DNA of 24,000 bases from Thermoleophilaceae bacterium. Lineage in GTDB: Bacteria; Actinomycetota; Thermoleophilia; Solirubrobacterales; Thermoleophilaceae. Made by a program: the position numbers and the translations under genes. The notes under the pieces are model-generated. The model searched no databases, had not been told where the DNA came from, and saw nothing but the letters and a program-made list of their open reading frames with translations. The stretch's first letter is position 1; every line of letters starts with the position of its first letter. The stretch lies in contig DASUWY010000049.1 in the NCBI GenBank assembly GCA_036378175.1, positions 1 through 24,000 of the forward strand. The letters are read 5' to 3'. Of this stretch, positions 14,046-21,968 are shown piece after piece.

Positions 14046-15037
14046 CGGATCCCAAGCGCGGGCAGCAGCTCCTCGGCCACCACGCGCTGCACCGCTGCGG
14101 GGCGGAATGGCGCGAGCAGCTCACGCGCCTGTGCGGCATAAGCGTTGCGGTCGCGCAGGTCGAGCCCCGCGCGCAGCGCCGAGGCGAGGTCCTCCGACAC
14201 GAGCTCGGGCGCGAGGCGGCGTGCCAGCGGCAGCGCCTCATACGGTCCCGGCGACGGCACGGTGACGAGCACGCAGCCCGCCGAAAGCGCCTCGAGCTGG
14301 GCGAGGCCGTGGTCCTCGCGGCGCGAGGCGTTCACGAACACCCGCGAGCGCGCCACGAGCCCGAGCCATTCGTCGCGCCCGAGCTGTCCCGGCCACTCCA
14401 CGCCCGGCGGCTCCGGCCGGCCACGGCGCTCGAGCCAGCGCAACGCGCGCTCATGCTCCACGCCGCCGATCACCAGTCGCTCGCCCTGCCGCGACGCCTT
14501 CGCCCATGCCGCGCACAGCACGTCCAGACCGCGCTTGTGCGGATAGCCCGCGTACGCGATCGCGTGGATGTCCCGCTGCGGGCCATCCGGTATCTCCTCG
14601 ATCGGCACCCGCACGACCAGTCCCTGCCCAGCCTGCGCACCCCACGGCAGGAGCAGCGAGGCATTGCGCAGCACCGTCCGCTCACGTGCTCGCTGCCATG
14701 CGCCGGATACGCCCGGCCGGTTCATAGCCGCCTTCGAGTCGAACCTCACAGCCCACGGCACCTGAGGCGTGCGCTGAAGAAGCGCGGCGGTCACGCTCGA
14801 GAAGATGAGTGCCCGCGCGTCCACCTCCCGGGCGGCCCGGCGCGCCCCCAGCGCCTCCACGAGATCGGTCACCGCAGCGTTGCGCCGCAGCGCGGCGGCG
14901 GCGCGCCCGATGCGCACCGGCGCGACCTCGCAGCTCGCGCCTGCCGCGCGGATCTGCTCCGCCAGCGCGGCGTCCGCGCGTGTCAGCCCCGGCGTGGTGC
15001 CGAGCGATACGAGCCCGATGTCCACGGTCCCGGCCAC
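14042..15037 (-). CDS. glycosyltransferase (GT-B fold, GT1/GT4-like)
   Basis: C-terminal ASRREDHGLAQLEALSAGCVLVT (E-x7-E). The stop overlaps the downstream GT4 ATG (ATGA). The start is uncertain: GTG 15037 (TAGCCT -10-like element 8 nt upstream) or GTG 15025. The track start ATG 15112 is rejected because the extra codons have poor GC3 (about 12 of 30 end in A/T). Confidence 0.7.
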   Translation of the reverse strand: MAGTVDIGLVSLGTTPGLTRADAALAEQIRAAGASCEVAPVRIGRAAAALRRNAAVTDLVEALGARRAAREVDARALIFSSVTAALLQRTPQVPWAVRFDSKAAMNRPGVSGAWQRARERTVLRNASLLLPWGAQAGQGLVVRVPIEEIPDGPQRDIHAIAYAGYPHKRGLDVLCAAWAKASRQGERLVIGGVEHERALRWLERRGRPEPPGVEWPGQLGRDEWLGLVARSRVFVNASRREDHGLAQLEALSAGCVLVTVPSPGPYEALPLARRLAPELVSEDLASALRAGLDLRDRNAYAAQARELLAPFRPAAVQRVVAEELLPALGIR

Positions 15038-15049
15038 AGCCGGGCAGGC

Positions 15050-15219
15050 TAAATGACTGACTCCGAATCGACGTGTCACTGGGGGCGCGACAGGCCCAGC
15101 AGGGCGCCGCACGCTGACGAAGCCGATAGCAGAGGAGCTATCGGTGAGGAGGTGGGTGGCGATCCTGCGCCGGCATGGCGCGTCATCCAGGGGCGCGGCG
15201 ATGAGGAGTCAGTCATTTA
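15050..15219. repeat. 170-bp intergenic unit bounded by a perfect 15-bp inverted repeat (TAAATGACTGACTCC ... GGAGTCAGTCATTTA)
   Basis: Arms at 15050-15064 and 15205-15219 are exact reverse complements. The next 18 nt inward match 12/18. Each arm sits immediately upstream of a TANNNT element and the start codon of one of the two divergent GT operons. Confidence 0.8.
15123..15144. repeat. perfect 8-bp inverted repeat CCGATAGC-AGAGGA-GCTATCGG near the centre of the 170-bp unit
   Basis: Read directly from the sequence. Its centre (15133.5) is within 1 nt of the centre of the outer 15-bp repeat pair (15134.5). Confidence 0.7.
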
Positions 15220-15233
15220 TTTAACCTGCGCGC

Positions 15234-16079
15234 GTGTCTGCGCAGCCCGTGGTGTCCGTGGTGGTGCCCACGCACGATCGGGCCGAGTACCTCGCCGTCA
15301 CGCTCGATTCGCTGAACGCGCAGGACATCGAAGCCCCGTACGAGGTGGTGGTAGTGGACGACGGCTCGGTGGACCAGACGCCCGCGGTGGCCCACCGCGC
15401 CGAAGCCGGCTACATGCGGCTCGAGCGCGCCCGCGGCGTGAACGCCGCCCGCAACGAGGGGGCACGCGCGGCGGCCGCGGACCTCATCGCGTTCGTGGAC
15501 GACGACGTGTACGCGCCGCCCGGCTGGCTGCGAGCACTCGTGGACGGCGCCCAGCGGCATCCGGACGCGGAGGCCCTCGGCGGACCCATTCGCGCGCGTT
15601 TCGAAGGACCCGCGCCGCGTTCGTGCGGCCGCGAGCTGCCGCCCATCACCACGCTCGATCTCGGCCCGGAGGACCGCGAGGCGGAGCTGGTGTGGAGCGC
15701 GAACATGCTGGCCCGAAGGTCGGCGTTCGCGCGGGTGGGCGAGTTCGACGAGTCCCTCCCCACCGGCGGCGACGAGGAGGACTGGCTGCGACGCCTCCGC
15801 GCCGAGGGCGGGAAGGTGATCTACGTGGCCGCGGCGGGGCTTGACCACCGGCGCGCGGGCGACGACGCGCGGCTCCGTTCGCTGATGCGCTCCGCCTACT
15901 TCCGCGGTCGCAACCTGCGCGCGTACGACGAGCGGCGCGGCGTCCAGCCACCGCTGTCGCGCGAGCTTCTGACGCTGGCGGGCTGCGGCTGGCACACGGT
16001 GCGCCGCGGCTGCCCGCAGGGGCTCGTGATGGGAGCGCACTCGGCCGGCCGGACGATCAGGGCGGTGCGCGGCCGGTGA
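15234..16079 (+). CDS. glycosyltransferase family 2 (GT-A fold)
   Basis: 281 aa. VSVVVPTHDRAEYLAVTLDSLNAQ, VVVVDDGSVD and FVDDDV (DxD). GTG 15234 is the first possible start after an in-frame TAA (15222-15224). No SD. TAACCT (15222-15227) lies 6 nt upstream. Confidence 0.85.
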   Translation: MSAQPVVSVVVPTHDRAEYLAVTLDSLNAQDIEAPYEVVVVDDGSVDQTPAVAHRAEAGYMRLERARGVNAARNEGARAAAADLIAFVDDDVYAPPGWLRALVDGAQRHPDAEALGGPIRARFEGPAPRSCGRELPPITTLDLGPEDREAELVWSANMLARRSAFARVGEFDESLPTGGDEEDWLRRLRAEGGKVIYVAAAGLDHRRAGDDARLRSLMRSAYFRGRNLRAYDERRGVQPPLSRELLTLAGCGWHTVRRGCPQGLVMGAHSAGRTIRAVRGR

Positions 16080-16942
16080 GCGAGACGGGAGCCACGCCGC
16101 CCGAGCCCGAGGAGTTCCTCTCGGGGGAAACCGGCCACGTTGCGGGCATCAGGCGCACGGTGTCCCGCACCGTCGGCGATGCCCTGCTCGACGTCCGCGC
16201 GCGCACTCACGCACGCTCACTCGACCGGCTGGCCGCCGCCGTGCCGCGCCGCGGCGTGCTCGGCGTGTCGGTGTACCGGCCGGGCAGCGCCCACATCGAA
16301 CCCGCCGTAAGGGAGCTCCGGCGCACGCGGCACGATCTGCGCCTGCGTCTCGGCTCCACCGGCGAGCCACTGCCAGGGCTCGCGGACAGCACGGCGGCCG
16401 GCGCGCTCAGCGGCGGCAAGTTCCAGAACCTGAACAGGCTCCTGCAGGGGGCCGCCGAGTACGACTGGCTGCTCGTGTTCGACGACGACGTCGGCCTCCC
16501 GCCCCACTTCCTCGACCGCCTGCTCGGTCTCGCCGAGCACTTCGACCTCGCGCTGGTGCAGCCGGCGCAGACGCTGATGAGCCACGCGGCCTGGCGCGTG
16601 GCTCGCCGGCGCGGCGGCTCGCTCCTGCGCGAGACCCGCTTCGTGGAGATCGGCCCGGTGACCGCGTTCCGCCGCGACGCCGCGGAGACGCTCACCCCAT
16701 TCCCTGACCTCCGCTACGGCTGGGGACTCGATCTCCACTGGGCGGCGCTCGCGGCTGAGCGGGGCTGGCGGCTCGGCATCGCCGATGCGCTCCCCGTGCG
16801 GCACGAGCACGCACCGGTGGCGACCGCGTACGGGTTCGCGGAGCCAATCGCCGAAGCGCAGCGGTTCCTCACGGGCCGTCCGTTCGTGCGCGCGTCGCAG
16901 GCGCAGGAGACGCTCGCAACGCACAGGAAAGTCACGCCATGA
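16076..16942 (+). CDS. hypothetical protein, GT-A-like / DUF707-like putative glycosyltransferase
   Basis: 288 aa. The GTG overlaps the upstream stop (GTGA). GGKFQNLNRLL...YDWLLVFDDDVGLP (DxD-like) resembles my recollection of DUF707-type proteins. It sits between GT genes. Family assignment is tentative. Confidence 0.5.
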   Translation: MSETGATPPEPEEFLSGETGHVAGIRRTVSRTVGDALLDVRARTHARSLDRLAAAVPRRGVLGVSVYRPGSAHIEPAVRELRRTRHDLRLRLGSTGEPLPGLADSTAAGALSGGKFQNLNRLLQGAAEYDWLLVFDDDVGLPPHFLDRLLGLAEHFDLALVQPAQTLMSHAAWRVARRRGGSLLRETRFVEIGPVTAFRRDAAETLTPFPDLRYGWGLDLHWAALAAERGWRLGIADALPVRHEHAPVATAYGFAEPIAEAQRFLTGRPFVRASQAQETLATHRKVTP

Positions 16943-18138
16943 GGGTGTGCGTGGTGGCCGAGTACTACCCGCGGCGGCGCGACCCAGTGCTGGGAGTGTG
17001 GGCGCATCGCCAGGCGGTGGCCGCCCGCGACGCGGGTGCGGACGTGCGCGTGCTCGTGCTCGAGCGGCCGCTCCCGCCGGTGTCCACTCTGCGGTCCGCT
17101 CGCCGCCTGAGCCGCGCCGTGGCAGGCGCGGTGAGCCAGCCCCGGCACGACATGCTCGACGGCCTCGACGTGGAGTACGTGCGCTTCGTCTCCCCACCGC
17201 GCGAGCAGAGCTACGCCACGTGGGACCGCTGGGCGCGCGGCCCGCTCGCCAAGGCCCTGGCGAAGCTCCACACGGACCAGCCGCTCGACCTCGTGCACGC
17301 GCACTACGCGCTGCCGGCCGCGGGCGCGGCGCTCGCCTTCACCGAGCAGGAGAAGCTGCCGCTCGCCGTCTCCGTGCACGGCGGCGACGTGCTCGGGCCG
17401 CTCGTGTCGACGCCGCAGGCGCGCGCCCGCATAGGCGGAATCCTCAGGCGTTCGAGCATGGTGCTCTGCAACGGCAGGGACACGCTGATCCGCTGCTCGG
17501 CCCTCACCGGCTCCCCCGCCAGGATGTGCGTGGTGCACCTCGGTGCCGACGCTCCGGCCGACCCGCCGCCGAAGCGCGCGGAACCCACCGTCGCCACCCT
17601 CAGCCACATCGTCGGCAGAAAGCGCCACGTGGATGTGCTGCATGCCCTCACGGTGATCACCGCGCGGGTGCCTGACGCGCGCTGGGTGGTGATCGGCGAC
17701 GGCCCGGAGCGCCCGGCGCTCGAGCGGCTCGCGGCGGACCTCGGCGTGACTGACAGGATCGACTGGCTCGGGCAGCTGCCCCCCGACGAGGCGCTCCGCG
17801 AGCTCTCGCGCTGCCACGTGATGGCTTTGCCGAGCCTCGACGAGGCCTTCGGCGTGGCCTACGTGGAGGCGCTGGCCTGCGGCCTGCCGGCCATCGGCTG
17901 CCGCGGCGAGGGCGGGCCCGAGGAGATCGCCGCCCTCGGCGGCGGGATGGTGCTCGTTCCGCCGCGCGACCCGGACGCGCTCGCCGACGAGATCGCCGGC
18001 CTGCTGAGCGACGAGCACCGGCTCGCGGCTCTCTCGGAGGCCGCTCGCAAGACCGCCACCGAACACTTCTCCTGGGTCCGATGCGGCGAGCAGACCGTGA
18101 AGGCATACGAGCGCGCGATCGAGGAGGGCCCACGCTGA
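16939..18138 (+). CDS. glycosyltransferase family 4
   Basis: 399 aa. The ATG overlaps the upstream stop (ATGA). MRVCVVAEYYP N-terminus, GRKRHVDVL, LPSLDEAFGVAYVEALACGLPAIGCRGEGGPEEI. Confidence 0.85.
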   Translation: MRVCVVAEYYPRRRDPVLGVWAHRQAVAARDAGADVRVLVLERPLPPVSTLRSARRLSRAVAGAVSQPRHDMLDGLDVEYVRFVSPPREQSYATWDRWARGPLAKALAKLHTDQPLDLVHAHYALPAAGAALAFTEQEKLPLAVSVHGGDVLGPLVSTPQARARIGGILRRSSMVLCNGRDTLIRCSALTGSPARMCVVHLGADAPADPPPKRAEPTVATLSHIVGRKRHVDVLHALTVITARVPDARWVVIGDGPERPALERLAADLGVTDRIDWLGQLPPDEALRELSRCHVMALPSLDEAFGVAYVEALACGLPAIGCRGEGGPEEIAALGGGMVLVPPRDPDALADEIAGLLSDEHRLAALSEAARKTATEHFSWVRCGEQTVKAYERAIEEGPR

Positions 18139-19175
18139 AGCCCGCCGCGCTGATCACCAGCACCGTGACCGATTACCGGCGCGAGCCCTTCCAGCTCCTG
18201 TCGGAGGAGGCGAACGTGGAGGTGCTCGCGTGGGCGGACGGCGGGATCAGCCAGTTCGAGGCGGCGAGGCGCGTTGCCGAGGGACGCTACCGAGCCGTGA
18301 TCTGCGGTCTCGGCGGCCGCATCGCGCTGCCGGCGAGCTACCTGGCCGCGCGCCGCGCCCGCGTGCCGTTCGTCCTCTGGGCGTCGCTCTGGGCGCACCC
18401 CCGCACCCCCGCCCACGCCCTGTCCTACCTCCCGCTACGCCACATCTACAGGCACGCCGACGCCATAGCCACCTACGGACCGCACGTGAGCGCCTACGTG
18501 AGCGAGCGGCGCCGCAACTCGCACAACGTGTTCGAGGCGCCGCAGGCCGTGGACGTGGCCGAGTTCGGCAAGGAGATCTCGCCCGACCTTCGCGCCCATG
18601 CGCGGATGCACGCGGGCGCACCCGCGGACGGCGGCTTCCTCGCGCTCTTCGTGGGCCGCCTCGAGGAGGAGAAGGGGGTGCGGGTGCTGCTCGACGCATG
18701 GCGCCGCGCGGAGCTCGGCGAAAGCGCCGTGCTCGCGCTCGCAGGAGACGGACCGCTCCGCGAAGAGGTGGCGCGCCAGCCCGCCGACATACAGGCGCTC
18801 GGCCTCGTCCCGCGCGACCATCTGCCCGCTCTGTACGCCGCCGCGGACGTGCTCGTGCTGCCCTCGATCCGAACCGCAACTTTCCTCGAGCCCTGGGGGT
18901 TGGTTGTGAACGAAGCCATGCACCAGGGCACAGCGGTAATCACAAGCGATGCAGTCGGCGCCGCAAGCGGCGGCCTGGTGCAGGACGGCCACAATGGACT
19001 CGTCGTCCCGCAGCGTGATCCCGAGGCACTGGCCACGAGATTGCGCGGATTGGCGCAAAATCCGCAGCTTCGCAGCGGGCTGGGCGCAGCCGCCCGGCGG
19101 GACGTCGCGCGTTTCACATACGCTGCGTGGGTCACGGGGATGCGGCGGGCTCTTTCAGCCGCCGAGAGGACCTAG
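18081..19175 (+). CDS. glycosyltransferase family 4
   Basis: FVGRLEEEKGVRVLLDAW, VLPSIRTATFLEPWGLVVNEAMHQGTAVITSDAVGAASGGLV. The start is uncertain. ATG 18081 gives a 58-nt overlap with the upstream gene. GTG 18165 would remove the predicted first beta-strand (KPAALITS). Confidence 0.75.
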   Translation: MRRADREGIRARDRGGPTLKPAALITSTVTDYRREPFQLLSEEANVEVLAWADGGISQFEAARRVAEGRYRAVICGLGGRIALPASYLAARRARVPFVLWASLWAHPRTPAHALSYLPLRHIYRHADAIATYGPHVSAYVSERRRNSHNVFEAPQAVDVAEFGKEISPDLRAHARMHAGAPADGGFLALFVGRLEEEKGVRVLLDAWRRAELGESAVLALAGDGPLREEVARQPADIQALGLVPRDHLPALYAAADVLVLPSIRTATFLEPWGLVVNEAMHQGTAVITSDAVGAASGGLVQDGHNGLVVPQRDPEALATRLRGLAQNPQLRSGLGAAARRDVARFTYAAWVTGMRRALSAAERT

Positions 19176-19300
19176 CCGATGCATATTGCTAGCCTGAAGA
19201 AGGAACGGCCGTCCACGGCTCTTTTTGCCGTCACCGCAATGCGCGTGGCGCTGGCCCGGGAGTTGTGTAGATAGTCGCCCGACAGGGGAAGGTCCCATTC

Positions 19301-19879
19301 ATGCCTCGAATTCGTCACACGTTGATTCCGCTCGTGGCCGCCTTCGCGGTGCTCGTTCCTGCCCAGGTGGCAATGGCGAGCCCGCAGCAGGTGATCCGCG
19401 ACTGCGCGCAGGACGGCAAGCTCAATCGCCACTACTCGCTCAGCGATCTCAAAAAGGCCGAGAAGATTCTTCCAACCGACGTTGACGAGTACACAAACTG
19501 CCGCGACGTGATCAACCAGGCAGAGGTGCAGGGCTCCGGCGGCCACAGCCATGGCAGCTCGAACGGCCCCGTGGGAGGCGCCGGCGGCAGCTCCGGCGGT
19601 GGTGGTGGCGGCGGTGCGTCGGCCTCGCCGAGCGACATCAACGCCCTCAACCACGCCAAGAATGGCGGGAACGCCCCGTCGCTCTCGCTGCACGGTGAGA
19701 AGGTGGTGCCGGGCACCGGCGGCGTCTTCAAGACGGCCGGCGCGGCCAACAGCCTGCCGATGCCGGTGCTGCTTGCCCTGATCGCGATCGGCGCGCTCTG
19801 CGCGGCCGGCGGTGTGGTTGCGCTGCGGCGCAGGTTCCCCGAGGCCTTTGGTGCGGCGCTACGCCTCCTCCGCCGCTAG
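19301..19879 (+). CDS. hypothetical secreted, C-terminally membrane-anchored Gly/Ser-rich protein
   Basis: 192 aa. Signal peptide MPRIRHTLIPLVAAFAVLVPAQVAMA. Small two-Cys N-domain. GGAGGSSGGGGGGG linker. TM segment LPMPVLLALIAIGALCAAGGVVAL followed by RRR. SD-like GGGGAAGG lies 8 nt upstream. Confidence 0.55.
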   Translation: MPRIRHTLIPLVAAFAVLVPAQVAMASPQQVIRDCAQDGKLNRHYSLSDLKKAEKILPTDVDEYTNCRDVINQAEVQGSGGHSHGSSNGPVGGAGGSSGGGGGGGASASPSDINALNHAKNGGNAPSLSLHGEKVVPGTGGVFKTAGAANSLPMPVLLALIAIGALCAAGGVVALRRRFPEAFGAALRLLRR

Positions 19880-21968
19880 CGTCCTAATAGGCGCGGCGCT
19901 CGCCGGAGTTGCATTCGGGGCCGGGGGCGGATCAGAGCTCCGCTCGCTCACCTGGGTCGAGATCCTTCTGATCATCGCCGGCGCGCTGCTCGTGGCGGCA
20001 GCGGTCCTGCACGGGCGCCGCGACCGCTTTGACGGCGGCACCGCGCTCCTGGCGTTCGCCGCGCTCGCCGCGCTCACCACGCTCTCGCTTCTCTGGTCGA
20101 TCGCGCCGGACCTCACCTGGATCGAGGTGAACCGAACGCTCACGTACCTCGTGGTGTTCGCCGCGGGCATCGCCCTGGCGCGCCTGGCACCAGGGTCGTG
20201 GAGCGTGCTGCTCAAGGGCATCCTGATCGGGGCGGGCGCCGTGGTGATCTATGCGCTCGCCTCGAGGGTCTGGCCGGGCACGCTCGCCACGGACGAGATC
20301 TACGCGCGCATCGGCAAGCCGTACAACTACTGGAACGCGGTGGGGGTGACCGCGGCTCTCGCCATCCCGCCCGCCGTGTGGCTGGGCGCGCGCCGCTCCG
20401 GACACGCGCCTGCCAACGCGCTCGCCTACCCGCTGCTCGGCCTGCTGATCGTCGCGCTCTTCCTGAGCTACTCGCGCGGCGCGCTCGCCGCGGCGGTGGT
20501 GGCGATGATCGTGTGGTTCGCCTTCGTGCCGCTGCGGGTGCGCAGCCTCGCGGTTGTCGGCGTGTCGGTCGTTGGCGCCGCGCCCGTGATCGTGTGGGCG
20601 CTCCATCGCGACGCGTTCACGAAGGACCTGGTGCCGCTGAGCGTGCGCGAGAGCGCGGCCGGCGAGTTCGGGCTGCTCCTCCTGACGATGGTCGTGGTGC
20701 TGCTGGCGGTGGGCCTCGCGATCGGGTTCCGTGTGAGCCTCACCGCGCCCTCCATTCGCATCCGGCGGCGAGTCGGAGTCACTGCCGTGGCGTGCGCCTG
20801 CCTCGTGCCTCTCGCGCTCTTCACCTCGGTCGCGTTCAGCCAGCGCGGTCTCACAGGCACGATCTCGAACCGCTTCCACGACCTCACGAGCGAGACGGCC
20901 ACCACATCGGGGGGCCCGCAGCGGCTCACGCAGACCTCCTCTTCGCGCGGGCGCTACTGGCGCAATGCCGGCCACATCTTCGCCGCCCATCCGGCGCTCG
21001 GCACAGGCGCAGGCACCTTCGGCACCGCGCGCCTTCGCTACCGCAAGGACGTGCTCGTGGCGCGGCACGCTCACGGCTTCTTCGCCCAGACAATGGCGGA
21101 CCTCGGCACGGTGGGGCTCGTGGTGGTGCTCGCCTTCGCGGCTGCATGGTTCGCCGCCGTGTTCAGGACCACCGGCGGGCGGCTGCGCTTCTGGCGGCAG
21201 CGGCCGGGCGGACCGGGCCGCTGGGATGCCGAACGGGTGGGTGTCACGGCGCTCGTGCTGTCGGCTCTCGTGTTCGGCCTGCACTCGGCGATCGACTGGA
21301 CCTGGTTCGTCCCAGGCTGTGCGGTGATGGGGATCTTCGTGGCGGGCTTTGCCGCCGGGCGCGGACCGCTGCCCGTGCTGAGCACGGCGGGTGCTCCGGC
21401 GCCGGCCACCGCAGGTGGGATCGAGTTGCCGCGGAGCGCGCGCGGCTGGTTCCTGCCGAGGGATCCGGCGCGCGTGGGCACCGCCGTGGCGGTGGCGATC
21501 GCGGCCGTGCTGTGCGCCTGGGCGGTGGATCAGCCGGAGCGCTCGGACTCCGCCACGCGTGACGCGCTCACGCTCGCGTCGCAGGGGCACCTGCAGCAGG
21601 CGCTGGCCAAGGCCGATCACGCGCACAACCTCAACCCGCTCTCGCCCAAGCCCCTGCTCGTCCGGGCGGCGATACAGGACACGGGTGGCGACACGAAGGA
21701 CGCGCTCGCCACGATCGAGGCGGCGGTGATCGAGCAGCCGAGCAACCCGCAGCTGTGGGAGAAGCTCGCGGACTACGAGCTCAACCGGCTGCACAACCCG
21801 CGGGCAGCGCTCCAGGCACTCCGGGCCGAGCTGTATCTGGACCCGCTCGAGCAGTCGGCGCAGACGCTGTTCCTGGAGGCCAGCGCAGCCGCTCGCGGAG
21901 TGAGGACGAAGCACCACGGGTCGAGCTCGCCGGCCGGTGGCAGCCTCGCGCCTTCGCCCGGCGAGTAG
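19851..21968 (+). CDS. O-antigen ligase/polymerase-like (Wzy_C family) polytopic membrane protein with C-terminal TPR-like repeats
   Basis: Multiple TM segments. FLSYSRGALAAAVVAMIVW and HAHGFFAQTMADLGTVGLVV are typical of the O-antigen ligase family. The C-terminal soluble region (ALAKADHAHNLNPLSPKPLLVRAAI..., NPQLWEKLADYELNRLHNPRAALQAL) is TPR-like. The start is uncertain: GTG 19851, TTG 19848 or GTG 19812. All overlap the upstream gene. Confidence 0.8.
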   Translation: MRRYASSAASVLIGAALAGVAFGAGGGSELRSLTWVEILLIIAGALLVAAAVLHGRRDRFDGGTALLAFAALAALTTLSLLWSIAPDLTWIEVNRTLTYLVVFAAGIALARLAPGSWSVLLKGILIGAGAVVIYALASRVWPGTLATDEIYARIGKPYNYWNAVGVTAALAIPPAVWLGARRSGHAPANALAYPLLGLLIVALFLSYSRGALAAAVVAMIVWFAFVPLRVRSLAVVGVSVVGAAPVIVWALHRDAFTKDLVPLSVRESAAGEFGLLLLTMVVVLLAVGLAIGFRVSLTAPSIRIRRRVGVTAVACACLVPLALFTSVAFSQRGLTGTISNRFHDLTSETATTSGGPQRLTQTSSSRGRYWRNAGHIFAAHPALGTGAGTFGTARLRYRKDVLVARHAHGFFAQTMADLGTVGLVVVLAFAAAWFAAVFRTTGGRLRFWRQRPGGPGRWDAERVGVTALVLSALVFGLHSAIDWTWFVPGCAVMGIFVAGFAAGRGPLPVLSTAGAPAPATAGGIELPRSARGWFLPRDPARVGTAVAVAIAAVLCAWAVDQPERSDSATRDALTLASQGHLQQALAKADHAHNLNPLSPKPLLVRAAIQDTGGDTKDALATIEAAVIEQPSNPQLWEKLADYELNRLHNPRAALQALRAELYLDPLEQSAQTLFLEASAAARGVRTKHHGSSSPAGGSLAPSPGE

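Noticed and set aside
15038-15112. ATG 15112 as the start of the minus-strand glycosyltransferase, and the 263-aa plus-strand ORF 15053..15844.
   Set aside because: About 12 of the 30 extra codons end in A/T, against more than 90% GC3 in real genes here. The region also contains the 15-bp repeat arm. ORF 15053..15844 is off-frame to the GT2 gene and has no motifs.
19205-19226. Possible intrinsic terminator after the last GT4 gene (GCCG-TCCA-CGGC followed by TCTTTTT).
   Set aside because: The stem is only 4-5 bp, too weak to call. It is kept only as a note because it has the sole T-run in the window.
19556-19620. GGC/GGT-rich repetitive stretch.
   Set aside because: It is in-frame coding for the poly-Gly/Ser linker of the 192-aa protein. 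It is not a tandem DNA repeat array or CRISPR.
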